Source of the DNA: Zootoca vivipara
Lineage: Eukaryota
Direction: 5' to 3'
DNA length: 64,000 nucleotides
NCBI RefSeq assembly: GCF_963506605.1
Contig: NC_083276.1
Location: 106,702,001 to 106,766,000, forward strand
Positions 13,331 to 24,985 of the stretch are shown here, piece by piece. Made by a program: the position numbers and the translations under genes. Every line of letters begins with the position of its first letter. The stretch's first letter is position 1. The notes under the pieces are model-generated. The model was not told the origin of the DNA. It searched no databases and saw only the letters and a program-made list of their open reading frames with translations.

Positions 13331-16300
13331 GAAAACACACGCATGCAAACAGAGGGATAGGCAGGCGTTTAGGTAGCTGTTTTTGTCCAGAACCAGCTGC
13401 ACCTGGAACAAGAAAGGACTGGATGGGTTCTGGGTTGGCCCCTTAAGTAAGAGAAAAGGAATTGAGTGTTTTAATGTGCGTGTGCCCTTCACAGGAGCAG
13501 AAGGGCAAGGGACAGGGAAAGCTTCCTGTTAGTTGTTTTCAAGGCTGTTTTGTGCAAAAGCCCTGTGAGAAAATCACGTTAATCTCTTGTGAGCTCAGAT
13601 GGCATCAAGTGTGCCTCCCATCTCCCTTTCTCCTTTGCCTCATCACTCACAAATGGAACTAGAACCCGGAGTGGAAGACTGTAAAAGTGGACAGGTCCAC
13701 CGGCAAGACAAAAGACAAACACTTAGAATGAAAGAATTCTGAATTCGTCTGGAGTATCTTTCATTTGAAGTTGGTTCCCCTGATGTCATGGTAATGTCAG
13801 ATGATTGACAAGTGGGGGGGTGAGTCTGCTGGCTGCATTGTAGTCCCCAACTCTGTCTGGTTGGGACCTGGAAAGCCAGGTTTCCAATCTCGACTCGGCC
13901 ACAAAGGTCTCTAGGTGATCTTGGGCCAGTTGCTGCCTCTCAACCTAACCTCCCTTGCAGGGTTGTTGTGAGGATGAAGTGGGGAGGAGGAGAAGCGTGT
14001 ACACCATCTGAGTTCCTTGGAGGAAAGATGGGACATAAATGGAGTAAATAACCTAAAATATTAAACACATAGTTTAATAGTTTAAGGTGTAAACGAAGGA
14101 AACTTTTTTTGTGTGGCTACTATTGTGAACAACTGGAGGTCACCAATCCTTGCTGATCACCCAGAGAGACTTATTTAGTAGATAAGTTCTACCTTCTGCC
14201 TACCCCTGATTTAGTTTTGTGGGGCTAACTGGTCACTATAATTAAGATCAGATTAGAAGTGCTTTTCTTCCCTTATATTGAGTGGGTTGGCATGCTTCAA
14301 TCATTGCTTTCTCTTTTTTGCCCTATGTCCACTTTTTGATTGCTGGTGGCTACATAGTCTTGCTTTGGGAAAGGGGATGAGGTTGACTGTAGTGAGATGC
14401 ATTAGGCCTCCTTTTCCACAGTGAGGTACAAAAACAGCAGCATGGGTCTCTTTAACATTTCCATTCTTCGCACAAGCTCTGGCATCCGGAGTCTCCCTAA
14501 GGATGCAGCTTGTGCAGAGTAGTTTGGGGTTAAGTCCTATTGAAATCAGTGGGGCTCCATGCCTTACTCTATATTGGAGGGTTTGTTCTTTGTTTTTTTC
14601 ACTAGCTGAGGATAGGAAAAAACATGCTACGGAAACATTTACAGTGATGTCGATGGAAAAGTTGTAAATAGAAGATCAAGCTTGAACTTCTTTATTCAGC
14701 TGACAGGTTAGCAATCCTAAATGCACATTCCAGGGAGCAAGACAGGTGCGATTGACTTAGAGGAGACACGCACAGGTTTGCTCTCTCGGGCTGCAACCCT
14801 GTGCACAATTTACAGAGCAGTCCTAAGATGGGACTGGGGAGGAGTGACGTGGCAGGATCCATCGTTGCTGGCCAGGGCAGAAGGTGGTTGTGGGGGTGGG
14901 TGAGGCAGTTCTTCCACTTCTCTAAACTTTCTCCAGGTTGGCATAGCTAAGTGGCCTGAGGATTGTGCCTCTCAAGGGGTGGGGGTGGTGGGTGTTAAAG
15001 TTGTTCTGTGGCTTCCCACTTACTGCCATTGGCAGGAGAGACCTGCTGACAGTGGCTTTCCTCCTGACAGTGGCCTCCAGCCAGAGTGGAGAGAAACACA
15101 TGCACATTGTCCCAGTGGTACTCCTCTGTTCTGGAAGAGGCTGACATCCTCATCCAAACCCCATTCCTGACTCCGTGTAAGGCAGCTTCCTATGGAGAAT
15201 CTGAACCTCTGGCACTTCTTTCTTGCAGGACCAAAAGGTTGATTCCAGAGGAACAATGAAAAAACTTCACTGAGAGAAGATGACATGGTCCAAGATCACT
15301 TTTGCTATTCCTGCCAGAGCATTTGCAAATGGTCTGTATCAATTTGATGCTTTAAGAAATGCAGGCTTTGTTTGTATTGCCTTGTGTTGCAAGAAATCTA
15401 ATTTCTTGTAACGCAGTCCATCTCAGAAACATCTCTCCCTAACAGAGTTTTAGAAAATGTTTTTAAAAGAATGTTAAGGATTGTCCTGAGGTTGACTATC
15501 CCACTGAATGGTGTCCTTGGGATAAATAAACAAAAATTTATTATTTTTCAATCCAGACATTAGATGCATGCATTTGGGCCACCCACTGGTTTCTCTGTTT
15601 TTCCTTGTAAGTGAGGTTGGAAAAGCAGGTTCTAAACTTCACTGTAGCCAATCATGCCACTTGTTGTTGTTGTTTTTTTAAAAAATAATAATCTGCAAGA
15701 CATAACTTGCAACAGTTTGCTAAACAGTGCGTAGGCATCTTCAGGGTAATTGCAGAAAAGGTGAAAAAGTAAGCTTCAAAGTATATTATGTATGGTAAGT
15801 ATGCAAAGAACACAGCACACTTATCAAGATACTTGAGATTTTGAAATTATGCTTTTTACGTGCATAGAACTGACCCAAACTGTTCACTTCCAGAAAGAAA
15901 GAAAGAAAGAAAGAGGGAGAGAGAGAGAGAGAGAGAGAGAACAGTCTTGGGCTTGGATGCTAGCATTTTGTTTGCCTGATCAGTGTTTGGGAATTAAGGA
16001 ATTTTCATATGGAACATGATAGGCTAAAACCAGGCAACAGTATTGCAGAGCTGGCTTGCAAATATGAATGCTATAGGGGCTGCAGGTCAAGCAGCGGGGA
16101 AGCAAACCCGGTTCACCAGATTAAGAGTCTACCACTCTTAACCACTACACCACACTGGCTCTTAGGAGAGGAAGAGCTCCCACCCCTGCGTTAAAGGCAA
16201 CAAGCATTGACACAGTGGCCTAAGCAGATAAGCTTTCTTTCTTCCACACCAGAATGCCAATAGTATTTTGAGGCATTTGCAAAACTCTGTCACATTCGGA

Positions 16301-17954
16301 TTCTGCCTTACTCGAATGCTCAGAGTTTGCAGGAAAAAAGCACCATGACAACAATGGCCACATATGTGAAACAAATAGCTGCCCTCAAACATTGCCTGGT
16401 CAAGTTCCTGCATTGCAGGGGGATGACCCTTGAGGTCCCTTCTAACTTTACAGTTCTATGATTCTAAGCTGCCAAATCTGACCAGAGTGTGGGAACTGGC
16501 TAGCGCATCAGGAGGGAACGGTAGCAAGATAAAATGAAGCATGCCTTCCTTGATCTAGGGGCAGCGGTGCTGTAGGATTAACATGGTCTGCCCTGGGTGT
16601 GGTACCCACAGTAGTGTGGTATAATTGGGGTGAAGTAATTCAGCAGATCTCCATGCAAATTGCTAGGTGACTTTTGACAAGTCACTAGGGAGGTGTTTGG
16701 ACAGTTCCCACCAGCAGCTGGATCCTGGGATCATGCCAGGCTGCATATTTGGCATTGGTAGGAAGAAGAGCTTCTGGCCATCATCTCCCTTCATGCTAAC
16801 TCCACAAACACATGGCAGAGGAGGGAGTGGTTAACATTCTTGCCAACATCTGGTTCTATCTCATTCCCCTATCTTGCTTTACTAATGTGGCTGAGTTGCC
16901 TCGAGTTCCTTGGTAGCAAAAGTAGGATGCTATCATAATGTTAGCTAACCACAGCCATTGTCCCCATCCCAAGCTGAGGAATGGCCTCACCAGGAAGTCT
17001 TGCCTGGCAAAGACTTTGTTTCTGTCTGGTGCCAGGCAAATGTGTTTTTTATTCTGCCAGGCATTTGGACAGTGCAAATGGCCTGACTTTGGGGTGTTTT
17101 ACTTTTTTGTTGTTCATCTGTACATGTGGGCATGTGGTTTATTTTATCGTGTCGGGTAGGGAGTTACAGTATACCTGTTTCGTTATAATGGATTGTTATT
17201 TTTATTGTAGATATTTTGTTTAATATATGTATAGCTTCACACAAGAGCAGACCCAACATAATTTACAGAGATAATATCCAATCCAACCTAACCTCCACCT
17301 TCACCTTCTAGGGCAGGCAGCTTTAGAGTTAAGGAAATATCACTCCGCCTGTGTGGGTGTTTGTTTGTTTGGCTGATTCCTTGCATTTAACTGGCATGTG
17401 CTCCTCAGGAAGAGTGAAACTGACTTGTCCTCTGTCTCTCTTCAGCAACAGAAGCTCACTTCGCCAAGAGCAGCTTAAGGGAGGTGCTATCCCTGGCCGA
17501 TTTCCTAAGCTAGGCTTTTAGTTATGAGATAAACATATCAATTCCAACCATGCAAGGAAGTCTGCAAGATTTACAGGTCCATGAGATTTGAGTAGCCATT
17601 TGCCATCTTGTACATAAGGGGGGGGGAATTGGTTTAAATGTCAAGGGGTGTTTCTGGGTTTGGGGGGTTTTTTGTAAAAAAAAATTAAATTGTTGCCTGG
17701 AGGCACGTCTTATATGGCCCAGGAACCCTGATTTCAAGCCAGTTCTAAACCTTTTAAAGCACTAACAGGTTAATTGCATGTGAAATAATCTGCTTGCTAC
17801 ACAGAGCATTTACAGGGCAATCCTATAGATGCCTACTCAAAAATAAGTCACACAGAGTTCAGCAGAATATACTCCCAGTTATTAGTGTATACTATAGGAC
17901 TGTAGCCTTGACTTCATTCTGAACTTGTCTTCTTTTGGCTCTATCTGCACAGTA

Positions 17955-18662
17955 CAGTGGTACATCGCAAGACGAAATTAATTCATTCCACAAGTCATTT
18001 CGTGTTGCGATAATTTCATCTTGCGAAGTGCGGTTTCCCATAGGAATGCATTGAAATTTAATCAATGCGCACCTATAGGGAAAAGAAAGTGCAAAAAAAG
18101 GTGCCGACTCACCTGCCATGGCCGCTCCGGAAGTTTTTAAGGCCCTGGGGAGGGGGAAGCAGGAGGAGGGCCAGGGAGAGGCTCCCTCCCTCCTTCCCCA
18201 GCAGCCGCTCACGCCCAGCCGTTTGCGCCCAACCAGGCAGCCAGTGGGACTGGATGGGATGGGGGCAGATGGAGCGGTTCAGCAGCCCGCGCTCTGCTCA
18301 ATGACGACCGCTCTCCTGTTCGCGAGCCTCCGCGCAGCCATGCCGTCCTACTCGGTGACGGTGGTGACAGGCAGCCAGTGGTTCACAGGCACTGACGAGT
18401 AAGTAAGGGAGGGGCGCGGGCGGGAAGACAATGGAAACTTCTGCCCGCTCCCTCCCTCCTTCCCCATCAGCCGTACACACTCCTTTCGCTGTTCACACTC
18501 CCAACCAGACGGCCTCTCTCCCGTTCGCGCGCCTGCCCTGCTTCATCTTGCGAAGCATGGCCATAAGAAACTTCGTCTTACGAGTCTCAAAAAAACTCGC
18601 AAAAAGCTTTCATCTTGCGAGTTTTTCTTTGTGCGAGGCATTCGTCTAGCGAGGTATCACTG
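17955..18662. mobile_element. pogo/Tigger-like MITE carrying captured host-gene fragments (Pack-TIR-like)
   Basis: TA on both sides; left TIR CAGTGGTACATCGCAAGACGAA vs reverse complement of right end CAGTGATACCTCGCTAGACGAA (19/22); subterminal TTCRTCTTGCGA repeats; CpG-rich non-transposon interior ~18090-18540. Confidence 0.85.
18340..18402 (+). pseudogene. ALOX5: Captured fragment of ALOX5 (arachidonate 5-lipoxygenase) exon 1
   Basis: gccATG CCG TCC TAC TCG GTG ACG GTG GTG ACA GGC AGC CAG TGG TTC ACA GGC ACT GAC GAG TAA = MPSYSVTVVTGSQWFTGTDE; recalled human ALOX5 N-terminus [20 protein letters not shown] (16/20 identical). Confidence 0.85.
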
Positions 18663-18664
18663 TA

Positions 18665-18928
18665 CCTCATTTGGCAAATGGGATCCGTTCCGGCAGCCTG
18701 TTTGCAACATGAAAAGGCCGCAACATGAAGCACTGCATTTGTGCACACGCGTGACGCATTGCGGCGCTTCTGCACATGTGCAAAGTGCGATTTAGCACTT
18801 CTGCACAAGTGCACAGGTCACGGACGCGCCGAACCCGGAAGTAACCCATTCCAGGACTTCCGGGTTCGGCACGTCCGTAACCTGAAAAGACGCAACATGA
18901 AGCGGATGTATCCTGAGGTATGACTCTG
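18665..18928. mobile_element. Second pogo-like MITE abutting the first
   Basis: Right end GAGGTATGACTCTG-TA, repeated CGCAACATGAA motifs, internal hairpin GCCGAACCCGGAAGT...ACTTCCGGGTTCGGC. Confidence 0.65.
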
Positions 18929-18961
18929 TACATTTTATGCAGCGTCATACCCCTTTTAACG

Positions 18962-19312
18962 GGGACCCAGGTGGCGCTGTGGGTTAAACCACTGAGCCTA
19001 GGGCTTGCTGATCAGAAGGTCGGCGGTTCGAATCCCTGTGACGGGGTGAGCTCCCGTTGCTCGGTCCCAGCTCCTGCCAACCTAGCAGTTCGAAAGCACG
19101 TCAAAATGCAAGTAGATAAATAGGAACTGCTACAGCGGGAAGGTAAACAGCGTTTCCATGTGCTGCTCTGGTTCGCCAGAAGCGGCTTTGTCATGCTGGC
19201 CACATGACCTGGAAGCTATACGCCGGCTCCCTCGGCCAATAATGCGAGATGAGCGCGCAACCCCAGAGTAGGTCACGACTGGACCTAATGGTCAGGGGTC
19301 CCTTTACCTTTA
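18962..19312 (+). mobile_element. Sauria SINE (full length)
   Basis: GGGACCCAGGTGGCGCTGTGGGTTAAACC head, B-box GGTTCGAATCC, (ACCTTT)n tail; closely similar to the 58830-59171 copy. Confidence 0.92.
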
Positions 19313-20133
19313 ACAACTGTCAGTAGCCTGGACAAACTTCATTTCCCAGGATTCTTTGGGGGAAGCCATGACTGTTTAAAGTGGTATAGCACTGCTTTAA
19401 ATGTATAGTGCAGATGGTGATTTTTTTTTTTTAAAGAAAAGGAAAGGTAAACGTGCCTGGAATCGCAGCCTAACTCTCTCCGAGTAGCAGAAATCCTTAT
19501 TTTTAGTAACCTTTTTTTAATTGAAAAAAAATGCAGTCTCAGCAGAAGGGAATGTGTCTGTCTCCGAAGGATCTGAGCTTCTGTAGCTTGTAGAAATTGG
19601 TAACGGTTCCTTAAATAATCATAATGGTTTGCCTTAGATGATAAATAGAAAAGGGGGGGGGGCGGGAAGCAGAAGCCTGCTAGTGCCAAAGTTGACTCTG
19701 TTTAAATTAGAAATTTGTCACATTTAATTAATTATGTTCTGGAAGCTGTTCTTGTTTGTTTGGTATTAGATCTGAGGAAAGATAATTGGATTTGGTTTTG
19801 CAGCTAGCAATAGTCTGTGGCTACGGCAAACTGCAAAGTTTTGGTCAACAACTGGTACAACCTAGTAGTAGCTTTTACGGATGACTGTTGCGTTGGCGTC
19901 TCTCTATATTTGTGGAGAAAGTATCGTGGACACTGGAGTGCTTAATGCTGCGTTTTGAGTGTATGTTGGGTCGCAGCTGAGTGTTGGGTTGGTATAGCTT
20001 GAGGGAAAGTCCTCTTTGCCCTGGGCCAAACTGCTGCGTAGGCAACTGATGCTTTGCTTTCCCTTTTCAGTAACGCAGCCAGGTCCGCTGCATTTGTCAT
20101 TTCTTCAGTGATGAGACACTGCTGGAAGGAAGC

Positions 20134-20232
20134 ATGGATAAGAATATTGCAGAGCAGCTCAATAAGGCGTATGAAGCCTTCAGACAGGCCTGCATGGATA
20201 GAGATTCTGCTGTGAAAGAGCTAAAGCAAAAG
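20134..20232 (+). CDS. TANK: TANK coding exon 1 (MDKNIAEQLNKAYEAFRQACMDRDSAVKELKQK)
   Basis: Near-identical to vertebrate TANK N-terminus; strong Kozak agcATGG; acceptor tttcag at 20070 (alternatives 20078, 20082); donor AAG|GTACGT; phase 0. Confidence 0.97.
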
Positions 20233-23200
20233 GTACGTGACTGTTTTATGTCTGGCGCTACAGGCTAAGATTATGTTTCTGATGGCTCCTGAAGAAAAGT
20301 CGACTCCCGATTTCACACACAAAGAGGAATGGTCAACACAGTTGGATAATGCCAGGGGAATTCTGTTAATTATCTGGGGTGATCTTCTCCTTGCAGGTAT
20401 GAAACTGTGCCGTGCAGCTTGTTCATCCTTGTCCATAAAATTGAGGTTTTTCCACCTGTCTCGGGTGCAGGTTGTTACCAGCTTTTAACTGTGGAGAGGC
20501 CTTGAAATGCATTTTATAGATACTGCTTCTCTGGTTGCCCTCCCCAAAGCAGGCAGTGCCTGGCCGGAAGCAAAGCATTCTGTAGGGTCCCTCCTTCTTG
20601 CAAGAGGAAGTGCGAAAAGAAGCAGTCATTTGGAACTTCCCCACTTTCATGTTAAATATAGCTGGTGCGTTATTTCAAAAGAGAGAAATTGCTTGGATGC
20701 CGTGCCAAGGGTTGTGAATTAACCCCATTTGTTTCCATGGGGGACAGCTAAGCATGGGCTTAATTTCTCCAGTAATAAGATTTACTCTGGCTGGATTGTG
20801 CTGTTGGGTAGTTAACCAGCCGGCAACTCAAAAATTCCAAGCAGCTTGAAAAATTATTACTTAAAGCAACAACGGCGTTTTCTGATAAAATTCAGAATTT
20901 AAAAAGCATCAGCATTTATTGTTAAAAACAGCCAGATTTGTGGTTTTTTTCCAGACTGCTTTCATGTAAGGCGCTTTAGGCTAGGAAGCCATTTGTGGTT
21001 TCCGGATGCATGGAACTGACTGCACTTTTAGACCCTGTCTGAATAATTAAGGCGACAAGAGGAGGAATGGCTGGCGAGCCTTTTGTAACAACCCCAACAA
21101 GCATTTTCAAGACGCACGGCACTAATGCTCTGCGTCCCTTCCAGGAATCCTCAGAGATGAATGTGCTCGGCACTTAGATTGGAAAACCTAAGGACTTGAA
21201 ACGGCTGAGAGCTGTGTGGACTCTTACACAGTGAGAGTGGGCTGTGTGACTGCTTGCTGCGCCTCAAGCAGAGAGTGTGTCATGCGGTTGAGGAGATGGC
21301 AACTCTTGACGCTTCTGGGATTGGCTGAGCTACGATTGGCTGAGCCTGCTAAGGCAGGGATGGGGGGCGCATTCCCTTCTGGGCAACCTTCCCCTCAATG
21401 TGTGCCAGTGGTGGGTGGGGCCAGAGGCTAAAGTGGGTGGAGCAGCAAATGCAACAATTTACCTTCGTCCAATAAGCTAGTTTCTATGTACGCCCCTCTC
21501 TCGGTAATCGAGAGGCATCATCCCAAGACACATTCCAGCCAGACAAAGTCACTAGGGCGGTGGGTGAAACGGGGCCAGAGGGGAATGGTCCCGGGGAGAG
21601 TTCTGAGAGCCAAATTGATTTGGTCTCCGGACCTGGGGTTCCCCACCCTTGTACTAAGGGAAACCAGATCTTCACTCTGTCCTCTACACATACTTGTTCC
21701 CTTAAAACAGGGTTGGGAACCTGTGGCCCTCCAGGTGTTGCTGAACTCCAATTCCCATCTCCCTAACCATTGGCCATGCTGGCTGGGACTGATGGGAGTC
21801 GAGAGCCCAAGAACATATGGAGTGTGGCCACAGACTTCCCCTTGAAATGTGGCTGTCGTTGTTTTGCTTTGCAACTTTGAAAGTTGACCTTTATAGCACA
21901 TTTAAAAGCTTTCATTTACACCCTCCTTCCTATCACTAAGCTGGTGAGCGGCCTAAGGATGGGCAGGAGGATAGTGTAATGCACTCCTGGGTGTGGTGTC
22001 TCTCTCCCTGTTTGACCCTTAAAACAACCCTGCGAGGTAGTGAAAGGCCCAAGGTCCAAGGCCCAAGCATGGACTTGAGTCCAGGTCTCCTTTGCCTTGA
22101 AGGCTAAGTGCTTGCAGTAGTTAAAGCACATTTGCTATCTTCATCACTTGATGGCTTAAATGGAGAAGAGTGCCGACACTCTTAATCCCAATTTACGCAA
22201 GCTTCCCTGTTGAGTTTTGTACAAACTGCTTACTCATAGCGTTGGAGTCTTGGGGGTGAGGCCTGTGCGTAGCTGTCCCCTGCCAGGTTAGTTCACACTC
22301 CCCCCCCAAAAAAATATTCAGTTTTGATTTTTCAAAAAATGGGATAGGGCTGCCTCTGTGGTTGCATTCCTTTTTATTTTTTTAAAAAAAACCTTAAAAT
22401 TGATCCCTTCTCCTCATGGAGATAAAAGGGATAAAAGTTTGCCTGCAGTATCCCACTTTTTCCACCAATACAAGTGAATAACCTTAAATTTATTTGGCCA
22501 CCTTTTTTAATGTTCTGGTTATTCTATAATGATTTACAGCCCCACCACAAAAAATCCTGTTTGTTGGTCTGCTTACTCAACACAGTCTTACCAGATTTGT
22601 TCTCAAGGCAGGGAGCCTGCTTCTTTGGCAATTGGCCTCCCTGGGTACGGAACCATAACACTATGGAACAAACCACAGAAAACATGTACTTGGAATTCAG
22701 ATGACCCGTGCAAGTTGACTTTGCTCTGATTCTTATTCTCTTCCCCCCAACACACACACACACACACACACCTTTACTCCATGTTCTCGATTCTGTGTTG
22801 GCATACCCTCCAGCTTCTGGCCAATAGCTGATTCCGCAAGTAGCTGATTGGCTGCTTGTTTTGCTACTCTTTGACGATCGGAACTGTGTCATGCATAGAA
22901 GCCGGAGTCATCTCAGCCAGATGGCGCTCGGTGTAGAAGGATGTTTGGTTGTCAAGTATATCTTCTAGTCGGTAACTTGTTGCTGCCATCTGACTCTAAA
23001 AGAATTTGTGCGCACTGGCTGTCAAAAGCATCTTCTCTTCTGTCTGTTTTAGCTGTCATGCCTGTGCTCTGTACAGAAGTGTTGACAAGACATTGCTGTT
23101 GTACATTTTCAATTTGGGTCTTGGTGACTACTTTTTCTTCTTCTGTTTCCTGAGGTCTCCTTGGCTGCTGGAAAATGCTGACCTCTCTGGCTTTTTAATG

Positions 23201-23937
23201 GGTTGGCGAAGCAACAGCTGTTTGGTGCTTTATTTTGAGTCAGGCTGTAGGGAGACTCTTGTGTGTATTGGGGTTTGAAAGGGTATTTTTCTCCCCCTCT
23301 GCCTCCCCTCTGAAGAATGAAAGTGGCTAAAGAAATCATGGGGTTTCCATTATCCAGCTTTTGGATTCAAGGTAGTGCTGGGAAATAACCCAGTCAGGAA
23401 TCCTGGATATCTACTACTAATCAGTGTAGTGAAATACTGAGCTATATGGACCAATGGACAACTTCCTATGTCCCAAGCAAAAAATTTTGATCGTGCAAGA
23501 GGGCAGACTTTTTACTTGGCAATAACTTGGCATCATAATACACCCCTGTGATGGCACGGGGCTTAACTTCTAAAAGAGAGCCGGGTAATTGTAAATACAG
23601 GCCTGCATTCAGCCCACGAGCCTCACTGGGTGAACCTGGGCCAGTCTATAATCTGTTGGCCGACGTCACTGGGTTGTGGTGAGGAGAACATGGTGGTGGA
23701 ATGAAATCCTATATGCCTGTCCTTGAAGGAAGGGTGGGATGGAAATGCAATAAATAAATAAATAAAGAGGCAGAGGGAGGGAAATAGGAATTTCTACAGA
23801 AGGGGAGCCAGAGCAATAGCACAGGTGACAACTTTTTTTCTAGGCATAGCTGGTGTGATAAAGCCAGGTGTTGTACTTCCCTGTGTTAGCCTGTTGTAGT
23901 CACAAAATGACTACTTTGAATTAAATTATCTTTACAG

Positions 23938-24046
23938 ACAGACAGCTATGAAAAGCAGATATGTGAACAACAAAACCAAATTGTATTTCTTACAAGCACT
24001 GTCACAAAACTCAACTCACAGTTGGCTTCGTTGAGTTGCAACAAAG
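23938..24046 (+). CDS. TANK: TANK coding exon 2, coiled coil (TDSYEKQICEQQNQIVFLTSTVTKLNSQLASLSCNK)
   Basis: tttacag| acceptor, G|GTAGGC donor, 109 nt, phase 0 to 1; similar to TENYEQRIREQQEQL...KLKSQL. Confidence 0.93.
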
Positions 24047-24810
24047 GTAGGCAATTTCCAAATCTATATCATCTAGCTATCTAGTTATCTATCTATCTAC
24101 ACCACCATAGTCCACTGGGTTTTCCCAACACAAACTGCTTTTTTTATCATGCATCTGAACTTGGGGGTCAATGAATGGTTGCCGGTTGTGATTACTCAGT
24201 AATGAAGGGTCGAGGGGAACAGTGACTAGGTCACTTCATACCTTTGAGCACCTGCTTCTGGAGCCATGCCTTGGGATGTCATGGCAAAGTCCTCCTTCTG
24301 GAGATGGAAGCTATAAGGGAGAGAAGAGTGGGCAGTTGTATGAAAAGAGAAAAGGGGAGTGTATAAAGCTACCAGTAAATAATGAAGAGGGAGAGAAATA
24401 AGGAAAAAAGAGTATTCCATAGGAAAAAAGGAATGGGGGACGAAGGGTTTGAATAGTTTTAAGAGGAGCAGGTTGAAAACAAATACTTATATCACATGGC
24501 CTTCTTCAGTTCCTAGAAAGCATCATTTTAAGAAGATTGCAGTGCTATACTGTACTGTGTTAAGCATGCTCAAGTCTCAAAATTGCTGCCTGGTCTATCT
24601 AAGGAGGAAAGTGCACCATACTTCAAATGTTAGTGTGCACTTATTTTCCTATATAGAGATTATCTGCATGTACTAAAAACAATCCCAACCAATTTTGTGG
24701 AAGTTGCACTGTTTGATTCCCTATTGGATTCCATGTGTGAAACGCCATGTATGATATACCATTATGTTTGGGGTTTGTTTTTTTTTCATATGTGCATGAC
24801 CACCTACCAG

Positions 24811-24911
24811 AAGACAGCGAAACCAGAAGAAATGGTACATTACTCAACTTGAATGCTGATCAGCTGTATGAAAAGCTGCAGTTGGCAATGCAGAAAGAGA
24901 AGCTTTTAAAG
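24811..24911 (+). CDS. TANK: TANK coding exon 3 (EDSETRRNGTLLNLNADQLYEKLQLAMQKEKLLK)
   Basis: EDSETR and EKLxK match TANK; ccag| acceptor, AAG|GTAGGG donor; phase 1 to 0; 5' boundary uncertain (see findings). Confidence 0.85.
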
Positions 24912-24937
24912 GTAGGGTGCTTTTCACAAGATAATTC

Positions 24938-24985
<48 letters not shown>

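Noticed and set aside
15229-15330. Possible extra 5' UTR exon after a strong cttctttcttgcag acceptor
   Set aside because: No convincing donor and adjacent to a decayed SINE; cannot be supported without transcripts
18118-18402. 94-aa ORF as a functional lipoxygenase gene
   Set aside because: Only the last 20 codons match ALOX5, a stop follows, and no further lipoxygenase exons are visible in the window
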